Assembly: GCA_964016885.1 (NCBI GenBank) | Contig: OZ024747.1 | Span: 72,664,001-72,728,000, forward strand | Source of the DNA: Eledone cirrhosa | Taxonomy: Eukaryota | Length of the DNA stretch: 64,000 bases | Reading direction: 5' to 3' | Part shown: piece after piece, positions 39,262 to 53,396 of the stretch | Numbering within the stretch: the stretch's first letter is position 1 | How the letters are laid out: each line of letters opens with the position of its first letter | Notes under the pieces: generated by a model | The model's database searches: none | Seen by the model: only the letters and a program-made list of their open reading frames with translations | Told to the model about the DNA's origin: nothing | Position numbers and translations under genes: made by a program

Positions 39262-42227
39262 ATAATTATTGCTGGTGACCTAAATGGTCACGTTGGACAA
39301 CATTGTGATGGCTATGATGGAATCCATGGAGGCTATGGGTTTGGTAGTAGAAATGAGGAAGGCTCCAGAATCCTGGAATTCTGTGACGCAAGTAACCTAA
39401 CTATCTGTAACACTAACTTCAAAAAATGAGACAATCACTTGATCACCTATAGATCAGGGGAACACGCCAGTCAGATAGATTATATCTTTACCAGAAGACG
39501 TGATAGAGTGTCTGTTGTAAACACTAAATCCCTCCCCCATGAAGAATGCACCTCCCAACATAGACTCATAGTCAGCGACCTCATAGTCAGGGCAAGACGT
39601 ACTCGACAACAAAGGAGGACTATCCTCAGGAGAAAATATGGAAGCTAAAGGACCCCACAGCCAGTAATAAATTTAAAAGCATATTACTTGATGCTTTTGA
39701 CAGTAAGGAAGAGCAATTAGAGTCGTACAATATAGAGGAACAGTGGGATTTCCTGAAAGCTAACCTGCTGAAGGCGGCAGATGAAGTCTGTGGCTGGAGC
39801 AGACCTATAGGCAGGAGGAGAGTACGTGGTGGTGGAACAGTAAGGTGGAGGAGTCAATCAAGGCCAAAAAGCAGGCTTGGAAAGTATGGCGAGATGGGGC
39901 AAGTAGAGAAGACTATCAAGTGGACAGGAGGGAAGCTAGGAGACAGGTGTACTTCGCAAGAAGGGAAGCAGAGGAAAGAAAGTTCAAGCATGTTCTACAA
40001 CGCGAGGACCAAGAATGTGAGGTGTTCAGGATTGGTAGGCAACGTGTCAAGAAAAACCGTGATATTGTCGGGGAGAAGTGTGTCCTTAATGATGATGGTG
40101 TACTTGCCATCACTGACGCTGATAAAAAGGTAGCTTGGAAGTGTCACTACGAAAGGCTACTAAATGAGGAGAATAAATGGGAGAAAGACAGTCTCCCCCA
40201 CATCGATCCAATAGAGGGACCAGCAGTGCAAGTTGAAGGTAGTAAAATAAGTAAGGCAATCAAATATATGAAGACGGGTAAGGCGGCTGGGCCTTCGGAA
40301 ATAGTTGCTGAAATGCTGAAAGCATCTGGAACGGTGGGACACACTATGGTCACCCGGATAGTAAACCAAGTCATACAGAATGGGGCCGTTCCGAAGGACT
40401 GGCGTAGCAGCATCATCATTTACTGCTACAAGGGTAGAGGAGATGCCCTAGATAGGGGTAACTATAGAGGCATTAAATTAATCGACCAGGTCATGAAGGT
40501 CACAGAAAAAGTAATAGCGCAACTAATCAGAGAGCGAATTGATCTAGATGAAATGCAGTTCGGGTTTGTGTCAGGTAAAAGTACCACAGACGCTCTTTTC
40601 ATTGTACGACAACTACAGGAGAAGTACCTAGCTAAAAGTAAACCCCTATACTTAGCTTTTGTTGACTTGGAGAAAGCCTTTGACAGAGTCCCCCGTTCCA
40701 TTATCTGGTGGGCTCTTAGAAAACTAGGTGTTGATGAATGGCTTGTGAGAGCTATACAAGCCATGTATAAAGAAACAGTCAGCAAGGTTAGAATTAACAA
40801 CGAATATAGTAAGAGTTTAGCGTAAAAGTGGGTGTTCATCAGGGCTCCGTTCTTAGTCCCCTACTATTTATTATTGTCCTTCAGGCTATAACAGAGGAGT
40901 TCAAGACTGGCTGCCCATGGGAACTCCTATACGCAGATGATCTAACGCTCATAGCTGAATCAATGGCTGAACTAGAGAAGAAATTCGAAACATAGAAGCA
41001 TAGCCTAGAATCAAAAGGCCTTAAAATTAACCTGTCTAAGACTAAAGTTCTAGTATGTAGGAAGGAAAATAGGGCACCGGTCCCATCTGGGAAATGGCCA
41101 TGCTCAGTGTGTAGGAAAGGAGTAGGCAGAAGCTCCATTTTATGTCCAAAATGCAAAGTATGGGTGCATAAAAGATGTAGTGAGATCACAGGTAAGCTAA
41201 CTAAGAATATAGATTTTATATGTGGCGGGTGCTCAGGTGTAATAAGTAGGAACAAGTGCCCACAGAATACTAGCTCATTCCATTGCACAGATGGTTCTAT
41301 AGAAATAGTGGACACCTTCCGTTACCTGGGTGACAAAATCAGCAGTGGTGGAGGGTGCTCTGAAAGTACAGTAGCCAGAGTCAGAACGGGATGGAAAAAG
41401 TTCAGAGAGCTTATACCACTATTGGCTGCTAAAGGGTTCTCTCTAAAAATGAAAGGCAGGCTGAATGATGCTTGCATACGAACAGCAATGTTACATGGCA
41501 GTGAGACTTGGGCATTGTGTGCAGAGGATCTACGCAGACTGGAGAGGAACGAAGCTTGCATGCTCCGCTGGATGTGTAATAGTAATATACGTGAACAGCA
41601 AAGCATAAACGAACTAAGGGGGAGCAGATGTTATTTACTCGAGAGAAGACTACGTTGGTACGGTCATGTGATGCGCATGAAAGACGACAGCTGTATAAAA
41701 AAGTGCAGGGCGATAAAAATAGACGGTAGCCACGGAGTAGGCAGACCCAGAAAAACCTGGGACGACTTGATAAATTCCGACCTCACACACTTACACCTCT
41801 CCAAGACAATGTCACTGGACCGAGATCTTTGGTGCTACACAGTAATACAGAAGACCCACCTTGCCTAAGTACAAAGCGAAACCTAAAGTCAGTAGGCACC
41901 TCTAACGAAAATACACCCCCGTCCCGCTACCACCACCCCTTTCAATGTAAAGTTATGTTGGTACCACAACATCCTGTCTGAAATAAATGAGGTCGTGTAG
42001 GTGTCACGACAAAAAAACACACAGTCCACGCTGTAATGTGGCCGTGTACGTAACACGGTAAAAAACCTCCCAGTCCACACTGTAAACATGGTTGGTGTTA
42101 GGAAGGTCATCCAGCTATAGAAAACCCGCAAGCTTGCCGCAAGCTTGCCTCAAGTGAGAAAATTCCCAGCCAAACCCATGCAAGCGTGGAAGATGGACGT
42201 TAAACAATGATGATGATGATGATGATG
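39262..42227 (+). mobile_element. Long, disrupted RTE-clade LINE (APE C-terminal part, RT, PHD-type finger, 3' UTR, (GAT)n tail)
   Basis: Motifs [42 protein letters not shown] and RLRWYGHVMRM; several stops and frameshifts. Confidence 0.92.
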
Positions 42228-42327
42228 ATATACATATATATATATACATATACACATATATATATATACACATACATATATATATACATATACACATATA
42301 TATATATACACATATATATATATACAC

Positions 42328-42358
<31 letters not shown>

Positions 42359-42674
42359 CACACATACATATATATATACACATACATACACATACATATA
42401 TATATACACATACATATATATATATACACATACATATATATATATACACATACATATATATATACACATACATATATATATACACATACATATATACACA
42501 TACATATATATATATACATATACACATATATATATACATACATATATATATACACATATATATATATATACATATACACATATATATATACATATACACA
42601 CATATATATATATATATATACATATACATAGATATGCATATATATATATATACACATACATATACATATATGTT

Positions 42675-44687
42675 AGTCCAGGGTAGTACAATAAGCAAGG
42701 CAATCAAAGATATGAAGACGAGTAAGGCGGCTGGTCCTTCGGAAATAGTTGCTGAGATGCTGAAGGCATCTGGTTCGGTGGGACACACCATGGTCACCCG
42801 GATAGTTAACCAAGTCGTACAGAATGGGGTTGTTCCGAAGGACTGGCGTAGCAGCATCATCGTTAACTGCTATAAGGGAAAAGGAGATGCCCTAGATAGG
42901 AGTAACTATAGAGGCATTAAATTAATCGACCAGGTCATGAAAGTCACGGAAAAAGTAATAGCGCAACTAATCAGAGAGAGAGTTGATCTAGATGAAATGC
43001 AGTTCGGGTTTGTGTCAGGTAAAAGTACCACAGACGCTCTTTTCAATGTACAACAACTACAGGAGAAGTACCTAGCTAAAAGTAAACCCCTATACTTAGC
43101 CTTCGTCGACTTGGAGAAAGCCTTCGACAGAGTCCCCCGTTCCATTATCTGGTGGTCTCTTAGAAAACTAGGTGTTGACGAATGGCTTGTGAGAGCTATA
43201 CAAGCCATGTATAAAGAAACAGTCAGCAAGGTTAGAATTAACAACGAATATAGTGAAGAGTTTAGCGTAAAAGTTGGTGTCCATCAAGGCTCTGTTCTTA
43301 GCCCCCTACTATTTATTATTGCCTTTCAGGCTATAACAGAGGAGTTCAAGACCGGCTGCCCATGGGAACTCCTATACGCAGATGATCTAACGCTCATAGC
43401 TGAATCAATGACCGAACTAGAGAAGAAATTCCAAACATGGAAGCACGGCCTAGAATCAAAAGGCCTTAAAATTAACCTGGCTAAGACTAAAGTTCTAGTT
43501 TGTAGGAAAGAAAATAAGGCGGCGGTCCCTTCTGGGAAATGGCCATGCTCAGTGTGTAGGAAAGGCGTAGGTAGAAACTCCATTTTATGTCCCAAATGCA
43601 AAGTATGGGTGCATAAAAGATGTAGTGGGATCACAGGTAAGCTAACTAAGAACATAGATTTTACATGTGGCCGGTGCTCTGGTGCAATAAGTAGCAGCAA
43701 GTGCCCACAAAATACTAGCTCCTTCAACTGCGCAGAGGGTTCTATAGAAATAGTGGACAGTTTCCGTTACCTGGGTGACAAAATCAGCAGTGGGGAGGGT
43801 GCTCTGAAAGTACAGTAGCTAGAGTCAGAACTGGATGGAAAAAGTTCAGAGAGCTTATACCACTATTAGCCGCTAGAGGGTTCTCCCTAAAAATGAAAGG
43901 CAGGTTATACGATGCCTGCATACGAACAGCAATGCTGCATGGCAGTGAGACCTGGGCATTGTGTGCAGAGGATATACGCAGACTAGAGAGGAACGAAGCT
44001 TGCATGCTCTGCTGGATGTGCAATAGTAATATACGTGAACGGCAAAGCATAAACGAACTAAGGAAAAAATTAGAAATAAGAGGGATCAGATGTTGTTTAC
44101 TCGAGAGAAGGCTACGTTGGTACGGTCACGTGATGCGCATGAAAGACGACAGCTGTATAACAAAGTGCAGGGCAATAAAGATAGACGGTAGCCACGGAGT
44201 AGGCAGACCCAGAAAAACCTGGGACGACATGATAAATTCCGACCTCACACGCTTACACCTCTCCAAGACAATGTCACTGGACCGAGACCTTTGGCGGTAT
44301 TCAGTAATAGAGAAGACCCGCCTTACCTAAATTACAAAGTAAAAACCTACTACAGTCAGTAGGCATCTCTATCAAAACACACCCCCGTCCCACCACCTCC
44401 ACACCGCCCCTTTGAGGCCGAAACAAATGAGATCGTGTAGGTGTCACGACAAAAAACACACAGTCCACGCTGTAAATGTGGCCGTGTAGGCAACACGGTA
44501 AAAACCTCCCAGCCCCACACTGTAAATGTGGTTGGTGTTAGGAAGGGCATCCAGCTGTAGAAAACCCGCCAGACAGTCCTATGCGAGCAAGACAACCACT
44601 CTTGCCTCAAGTGGGAAAACCCCCGTCCAAACCCATGCAAGCGTGGAACACGGACGCTAAACCTGATGATGATGATGATGATGATGA
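42675..44687 (+). mobile_element. 5'-truncated RTE LINE, same family
   Basis: RT motifs [10 protein letters not shown] and YADD; one frameshift near 43795; complete 3' UTR and (GAT)n tail. Confidence 0.92.
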
Positions 44688-45080
44688 TACACATACATAT
44701 ACATATATACACACATACATATACATATATACACATACATATACATATATACACACATACATATACATATATATATATACACACATACATATATATATAT
44801 ATACACACATACATATACATATATATATATACACACATACATATACATATATATATAAACACATATACATATATATATATACACACATACATATACATAT
44901 ATATATAAACACATATACATATATATATATACACATACATATACATATATATATATACACATACATATACATATATATATATACACATACATATACATAT
45001 ATATATATACACATACATATATATATATATACACATACATATACATATATATATATACACATACATATATATATATATAT

Positions 45081-45119
<39 letters not shown>

Positions 45120-45278
45120 CATATATATATATATACACATACATATATATATATATATACACATACATATATATATATATATACACATACATATATATAT
45201 ATATATACACATACATATATATATATATATACACATACATATATATATATATATACACATACATATATATATATATAT

Positions 45279-45317
<39 letters not shown>

Positions 45318-45370
45318 CATATATATATATATATATACACATACATATATATATATATATATACACATAC

Positions 45371-45401
<31 letters not shown>

Positions 45402-45554
45402 CATATACATATATATATATACACATACATATACATATATACACATACATATACATATATACACATACATACATACATATACATATATACACATACATAT
45501 ACATATATACACATACATATACATATATATATATATACACAAACATACACATCT

Positions 45555-45765
45555 ATCTATCTAAGGCGGGTAAAATTCCCGAGATCCATGGACGAGTTCT
45601 CTCCAGCAGTCTCTGTCCCTCATTATCGCTGCCATGTCCTGCGTCTCCAACAGACCAGTGTCTGTCCTTAGGGCATCAACGTACGTTAACCTTGGTCTTC
45701 CTCTTCTAGTGTGTCCATGTAGGGGCTCCCAAAGGAGCACTGAGTGTAATGTCAACTCTGGGTGT
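45555..45765 (-). mobile_element. 3' end of a second RTE-like LINE family
   Basis: Peptide [22 protein letters not shown]...MRDRDCWR; short (TAGA)n tail. Confidence 0.7.
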
Positions 45766-46608
45766 ACATATACACATATATATACACATACATATACATA
45801 TATACACATACATATATATATATACACATACATATATATATATACACATACATATATACACATACATATATACACATACATATATACACATACATATATA
45901 TATATATACACATACATATACATATATATATATATACATACATATGGTGGCTGCCAACTCGTTTTCGAGTACGGCCACTACTTTATATCCATGTAGGAGA
46001 ACCCCTACCGATGCGCTGAACGAGTGTGACTTTTTAGTCCAGCCAGCGACTTGAAAACTCTGGTACAAACACTACACCTGTGACAATTATTGACACATAG
46101 TGCTGGGCCCATGGTTCCATGTGACGACAAGTGCAGAGAGATCTCCAGATATAAAGCAATGCCTGTGCCGTGAAGCTTTTATAGTGAGCAAAGGCACTGC
46201 ACAAAGCCAGTCCCACTCTCTTAACCAAAATGATATTTACCAAAAAGAAGAACATACATATCATCATCATATATATATACACATACATATACATACACAT
46301 ACACATACATACACATATATATATACATACATACACATACATATATATATACACATACGTATACATATATATATATACACATATACATACATACATATAC
46401 ATATATACATATACATACATATATACATATACATATCATCATCATCGTTTAACATCCAATACATACACATACACATGTATATATACACATATATATATAT
46501 ATACACATACACACATATATATACACACCCATGCTAGCATGGAAGATAGACGTTAAACGATGATGATGATGATGATACACACATACACAGATATATATAT
46601 ATATATAT

Positions 46609-47038
46609 ATGTTGTTTACTCGAGAGAAGACTACGTTGGTATGGTCATGTGATGCGCATGAAAGACGACAGCTGTAAAAAAGTGCAGGGCGATAAAAATA
46701 GACGGTAGCCACGGAGTAGGCAGACCCAGAAAAACCTGGGACGACTTGATAAATTCCGACCTCACACACTTACACCTCTCCAAGACAATGTCACTGGACC
46801 GAAATCTTTGGCGCTACACTGTAATACAGAAGACCCGCCTTGCCTAAGTACAAAGCGAAACCTACAGTCAGTAGGCACCTCTAACAAAATACAGTCGGGT
46901 GACTGTGTCTTCCTCGTATAGGAGTATCTGGCAGGTTCTCTACGGCTGGATGCCCTTCCTAACACCAACCACGTTTACAGTGTGGACTGGGAGCTTTTTA
47001 CTGTGTTTCCTACACGGCTCCACATTACAGCGTGAACT

Positions 47039-47045
<7 letters not shown>
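46609..47045. mobile_element. RTE 3' fragment (+, 46609-46895) fused to an inverted UTR fragment (-, 46896-47045)
   Basis: Direct sequence match to the C-terminus and UTR of the neighbouring RTE copies, in opposite orientations. Confidence 0.75.
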
Positions 47046-47078
<33 letters not shown>

Positions 47079-47769
47079 CACATACATATATCTATATACC
47101 TGCACACACACACACACACACACGTACAGATGGCTTAAAGAGAGTGGGGAGAGGGGGAAATAGGGACTGCCCTCTCTCTGCTCACACTAACTCTAGTTAA
47201 ACTCAAAACTCAAGCCTACCACTAAGTGTATTGTGTGTAAAGTGGGACATGAACATCTATATTCTAATACATAGCTATGGCAATGGTCATATGTGTGATG
47301 TGTGTGCATGCACAATTCTGTTTGTGTGTGGGTGTATGCAAGTGCATGCACGTGTTTGTGTGTGCATACATGTATGTATGGCAGAATAGTGAAGAAGTTC
47401 AGATCACAAACATGAGGTCTAAGGTTCAAGCTCACTGCTTATTATCTCTGGGAAAATGTCATTTACCATCAAGTTGACCCAAGCTTTGTGAGTTAAATTG
47501 GGTAGGCAGAAACTATGTTGAAGCCTGTCACGTGGACAGTATCTATAATTCAAAGGTCTGGTATTCTCGTGGACTGAGTCATGTTGAATCTCCTTGAGAA
47601 TTTTGTTGTCTGTGGAATACTTGTCCATCATCATCATCATCATCATTGTTTAACATCTATCTTCCACACTAGCATGGGTTAGCCAAGTTTGTCCCATTTA
47701 GAAGCAAGTTGGGTCAGGTGACTGTATGCTAATTTCATGGCCAGTAGGCTATTCTGAGCAGCAAATCAT

Positions 47770-48065
47770 TACTCTGACAAGATCAGGATTAAAGAGATCC
47801 TCCAGTGTACTGATCTGTCTCCTATGGTGGAAATCCTCATTGATAGAAACTTACAATGGCTTGGACATATACACAAGATGGACAACAGCAGACACCCCAG
47901 ACAACTTTACTCCTCCCAACTATACACAGGGAAAAGAAATCAAGAAAGACTTAGAGATTCAAATATACTGCAAAAAGGTATATGAAGTGGAAAGGAATTG
48001 ATCATAGCAAATGGCAAACTCAAGTGAAAAACCCGACCAGTATGGAGAAAGCTTATCAAGCCATG
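47770..48065 (+). pseudogene. Decayed BovB/RTE-type C-terminal fragment
   Basis: Peptide LQWLGHIHKMDNSRHPRQLYSSQLYTGKRNQ. Confidence 0.65.
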
Positions 48066-48916
48066 AACAGTCATAGACATGTTCACTGACTGCTTGATGA
48101 TGAGTAGGCCATTCTGTTAATTAAACAGCTGGAACACTTGTTGAAATCTGGGAAGGGTTTATCTATGTATGTATGCAGGTTTTCTGGTCTTGAATAATTA
48201 CTGTATTTAGTATTGTATTTTCACGGTAAAGGTTTTTTCTCACATAATATCGAAGCTATGAGGTTTTGATGTTATTTATTTTGAGAACAATACCTAAACA
48301 TTGGTATGAGCAGCTGATTACAGTTGGCTTGAACAGAAAGAGGTGAGACAATTCTGGCTAAATACAGCTGGTTTAAAGGCTAAAGAGTTAAAAAACATTA
48401 TACATGACAAAAAAGTATATTACAAGAAATCTCATATGTTATAAAATAAATAGGATGTGTTGGCGGGGGAGGGGGGGTCTCAATATGTAAACTAAATGAC
48501 TAATTCTGTTTTTTTTTTAAATCAAGGGTGACAACCTAGAAAAATTACTAATTTTCCAACCACTTCCGCTCATTCCACCCCCTCCCCATTATTTGGGACC
48601 CGAGAATAGCTACACAATCTATGTATGTAGGTATAGCTAGTTACACAATCATGAAAACTCACGTGAAGTGACACTGCAAAATGTCTTATAGCAGAGCTTT
48701 GGATCAGCCCAAGTTTTGGAAGAGAGATTGTCTATACAGTAGTGTGGAAACTTATCTGATGGACTGTATTATCATCATCACTGTTTAACATCCATTTTTA
48801 CATGCTTGCATGGGTTAGATGAGTTGTCCCATAAGACAAGTCAGATCAGAGGACACACAACTGTTTCTGGCTTGGTTTCTATGGCTGGATGTCCTTCCTA
48901 ATGCCAACCACATTAA

Positions 48917-49658
48917 CAGTGTGGACTGGGCACTTTTTGTTGTGGCACCAACACAACCACTTTACAGTGTGGACTGGGCACTTTTTGTTGTGGCACCAAC
49001 ACAACCACTTTACAGTGTGGACTGGGCACTTTTTATTGTGGCACCAACACAACCACTTTACAGTGTGGACTGGGCACTTTTTGTTGTGGCACCAACACAA
49101 CCACTTTACAGTGTGCACTGGGCACTTTTTGTTGTGGCACCAACACAACCACTTTACAGTGTGGACTGGGCACTTTTTATTGTGGCACCAACACAACCAC
49201 TTTACAGTGTGGACTGGGCACTTTTTATTGTGGCACCAACACAACTACTTTACAGTGTGGACTGGGCACTTTTTGTTGTGGCACCAACACAACCACTTTA
49301 CAGTGTGGACTGGGCACTTTTTATTGTGGCACCAACACAACCACTTTACAGTGTGGACTGGGCACTTTTTATTGTGGCACCAACACAACCACTTTACAGT
49401 GTGGACTGGGCACTTTTTGTTGTGGCACCAACACAACTACTTTACAGTGTGGACTGGGCACTTTTTGTTGTGGCACCAACACAACTACTTTACAGGGTGG
49501 ACTGGCACTTTTTGTTGTGGCACCAACACAACCACTTTACAGTGTGGACTGGGCACTTTTTGTTGTGGCACCAACACAACTACTTTACAGTGTGGACTGG
49601 GTACTTTTTGTTGTGGCACCAACACAACTACTTTACAGTGTGGACTGGCACTTTTTGT
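48917..49658. repeat. 48-bp minisatellite, ~15.5 copies, derived from the RTE/SINE 3' UTR unit
   Basis: Unit cagtgtggactgggcactttttgttgtggcaccaacacaaccacttta, attached to a minus-strand RTE-type tail at 48770-48916. Confidence 0.95.
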
Positions 49659-52181
49659 CAACATCAGCAATTAATGTCCATTTTCTATGCTAGCATAGGT
49701 TAGATGAGTTGTTCTGTTGCGAGACAAATCTGATCAGATGACTGTGTAATGATCATACAGTATCTTAAATAGGACACCCTTGTCACACATTATGTCGTGT
49801 TGATTCTGCTTAAGGATTACATTGTTATGATTTTCTAACAGTTAAACACAAAGTCATACATTGGATGGTAAGTAATGGAATATAGGGCAAGACCTCGTTT
49901 TAGTATTGATGATAACTTGCCAAACACATCTTCTATGGATATCAACATAGTAACCACTATATCGATTCAACATAACTGCTGATTTGGCTTCAGGATCCCA
50001 GAGGACAGAATGATGAATGCATAACCCTTGAAGATGCACTAAAAAAACCAGTCCATCTCACTGAGTTTTATTCTGCAGATGGCCATTTCCAAGCCAATTG
50101 CATTAAGTAGGGATATAGTTTGATTTACTAATAAATGATCACATTGTATCTATGTATGGACCCATATAACTCATGGAGATGTAGGGGATCTGTTTTGACA
50201 TATGGTCATGGGCATTTTAAACGTAGCAGGGCCCATCCCCTAGCCAGGTCTGAACATAGAGATATAGAGGAAGAGTTGATCTCAGTACTAGTGGTGGTAG
50301 TTGTATTATGGAAGTGCAGTGTTTATATTACAGTGATGGTGGTGATAGTGTCTGCATTATGGTTAAGTGGTGATTATGCTGCGATGGAGGTGGTTGTGGT
50401 ATGTGTGTGCTATGGTGGGGTGGTGTTTAAGCTGTGGAGGCGGTGGTATTTGTGGCATAGTTGTAGTAGTAGAAGTAGTGATAGCAGATTTGTTTGTGCT
50501 ATAATAGCAGTGGTTGTAGTGTTATTATGCTGTAATAGTTATGATGGTGTTGGTAGTAGTGGTAGTAGTTTAGCAGCTAGTAGTAGTGGTATAGTAGCTA
50601 GTAGTAGTAGTAGTATAGTAGCAGCAGCTAGTAGTAGTGGTATAGTAGCTAGTAGTAGTAGTAGTATAGTAGCAGCAGCTAGTAGTAGTGGTATAGTAGC
50701 TAGTAGTAGTAGTATAGTAGCAGCAGCTAGTAGTAGTAGTAGAGTAGTAGTAGCAGTAAATGTGAACAGGTCTAGAAAGACATTTAATATTTTCCTTCTG
50801 GTAATTTCCTTGAACAGATAACAACATAACAGGACAGGAATAGCTGAAGCAACAACTATTGTTGGTACTGTTGTTGTTGTTGGTACTGGTGTTGTTGTTG
50901 GTACTGTTATTGTTGATACTGGTGTTGTTGTTGGTACTGTTGTTGTATTGCTGTTGTTATTGTTGGTACTGTTGTTGTATTGCTGTTGTTATTGTTGGTA
51001 CTGTTGTTGTTATAGTTGGTACTGTTATTGTTACAGCTGCTATTGTTAGTTCTGTTGTAGCTATTGCTGCTGTGTTGGTGATGCTGCTGCGTTGGTGTTG
51101 TTGTTGTTGTTGGTGGTGTTGTTGTTGTTGGTGGTGTTGTTGTTGCTGTGTTGGTGATATTTATTTCTGTTTCCTTGTTTCTTTCAGGAAAGGGTACCAG
51201 CACTGCTGCCATCCTCACTCCTACCACCAACACCACCACAATGGTCACATCTCCCCTAACACCACTGCCACCCTCACTACAGCACTACAGAAATCAATAC
51301 ATTCCAACAACATCAGCAGTTAAGTCCATTGATACTAACTCCCACCATCCACATAAACCAGTAACCAGCAATATCTCTTCTTTACTCTTTGCAACAGCAG
51401 CATCTGTGCCAACCACCTTCAACCACCAAACTACACACACACAGCAGAAACCTTTGCCAAAAACTCTTCACCTGCTAATAACATCCGACAGCCAGTAGCT
51501 GGGCTGGTCCAGGCTGGGTGAAACCAGCCAACCAGTAGCTGGGCTAGACTGGGTCGAGGCAGCCAGTCAGTCAGCAAGCTAATAGCTGGGCCAGGCCAGG
51601 TTGAACTAACCCATTAGCCCAGCCAACCAGCCAGCCATCAACCTCTGCCATTGACCAGTTTACAGATGAAATGAATGAATATCTGCTGCTACTAAAGACA
51701 GCTGATGTACAAGTGAGCATATATATATTGGTTCAATGATATAATAGCAGCATCAATACCATCACCAACAACATCAATACAATCACTACCATCACCAACA
51801 CCATCATCATTGTCATCTCATGCTGAAGCCAATAATGATATTTATGATGATGTAAAAATTCTCTTATTAACTTAACATCTTGTAATGATTTAGCAGGTTT
51901 GTTAATTCAAACATTTATAGTATCTTTATTTGTGGACAGATTATTGCAGAAATTTACAGTATTAGAGTAAAGACTAATATTTAATATGATGCGGGACATT
52001 AAGAGTTGAATGTTGTAGCATATCACTTTATGTAGCTTACTATACAGGGTGAGTCATAAATAACGGGGCAGTCCAACAACTACATTCCAAATGACATTTA
52101 CTAAAATGTTGGTCCTACATTAAGAAATTATAAATATATCAAACAAAAGTAGTTAAAAAATTATAACAAGTCCATATGCCT

Positions 52182-52320
52182 TCCAATACACTAATCACTA
52201 GGTCATGTGACCTCCAATACACTAATCACTAGGTCATGCATGTGACCTCCCAGTACACTACCAACCAGGTCATGTGACCTCACAGTACACTACCAACCAG
52301 GTCATGTGACTTTACTACAC
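52182..52320. repeat. 31-32-bp minisatellite x4 with GGTCATGTGACC
   Basis: Directly visible. Confidence 0.85.
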
Positions 52321-53396
52321 TCCACGAGTGAGTTGAACGAATCACTACCGAAATGATAGGAAACACTTGAAGCAATCATAAATTCTAAAAAAAACCTTTA
52401 AGTGAACAATGGAGAGAGTGGGAGGGATTGACAGATATCCTGCTAACATCAATTAAACCCAGCACATGGGGATATACACTCCTCTCTCTTAATTCAGATA
52501 TGTATTCTTATATTCTCACATAAAATAATTAAAACAAAAAACAAACATATTCAATCTTCAAAATCTATAGAAAATCTCATGAAAAGCTATTGGCATTATA
52601 TAAAAATTATTGAGCTGTGTATAGTAAATACAAAATACACTATTAAAGGAAACAAAGAAAGAATTGAAAAGAAGGAGGGGTGGGTGGGACAGACAGTACA
52701 GACCCATCTGGGTGGAGCTTTTTAATCTTCTACTGGTTTTAGTCATGTGATTGGAGTCATGCTGGAGCTCTGCCTTGAAGAAATATTAGTCCAATATAGC
52801 AACTCTAGTACTCAAGAAAGATTAAAACTTGAGTCAACTTCTTTAACTTTGACTACAAAGACACATGAAGACATGTTTACAAGGTTAGATAGTTTTTTAA
52901 TGTGTTTATATTCTTGCAGTTTTGGTTTAAAAACTGTACTATATGTACAGATAGGAATTTACAATATATATATATATATACACACACACATACACACGTG
53001 TGTGTGTGCATATATACTTATATATATATATGTGTATGCATGTATATACTTATATATGTGTGTGTGTATATTTATGTTTGTGTGTAAAGTGGTTGTTTTG
53101 GAGCCACAACAAAAAGCTCCCAGTCCATACTGTAAATGTCATTGGCATTAGGAAGGGCATCCAGCCATAGAAACCAAACCAGAAATAGTTCTGAATGAGC
53201 AAGACACGGTCACCTGACCCAACAGGACAACTTATCTAACCCATGCTAGCATGGACGGTAAACAATGATGATAAGATGGGCTCTGCCCAGTTTTTAAAAA
53301 GTACCCTAGAAACACTGCATGTCAATACAGTGCTCTTATGACTTACAATCATTCGGATAAGATCTTTGAACTGAGGGTAGCTTCCTCTGACTAATA

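Noticed and set aside
48917-49658. CRISPR-like regular repeat
   Set aside because: Units are contiguous with no unique spacers, no cas genes are present, and the sequence derives from a retroelement UTR.
50135-51323. Val/Ser/Cys-rich ORFs
   Set aside because: Low-complexity AGT/GTT/GCT repeats with no domain signal.
52043-52070. TACAGGGTG mariner-like terminus
   Set aside because: No matching second TIR found; too little evidence to define an element.
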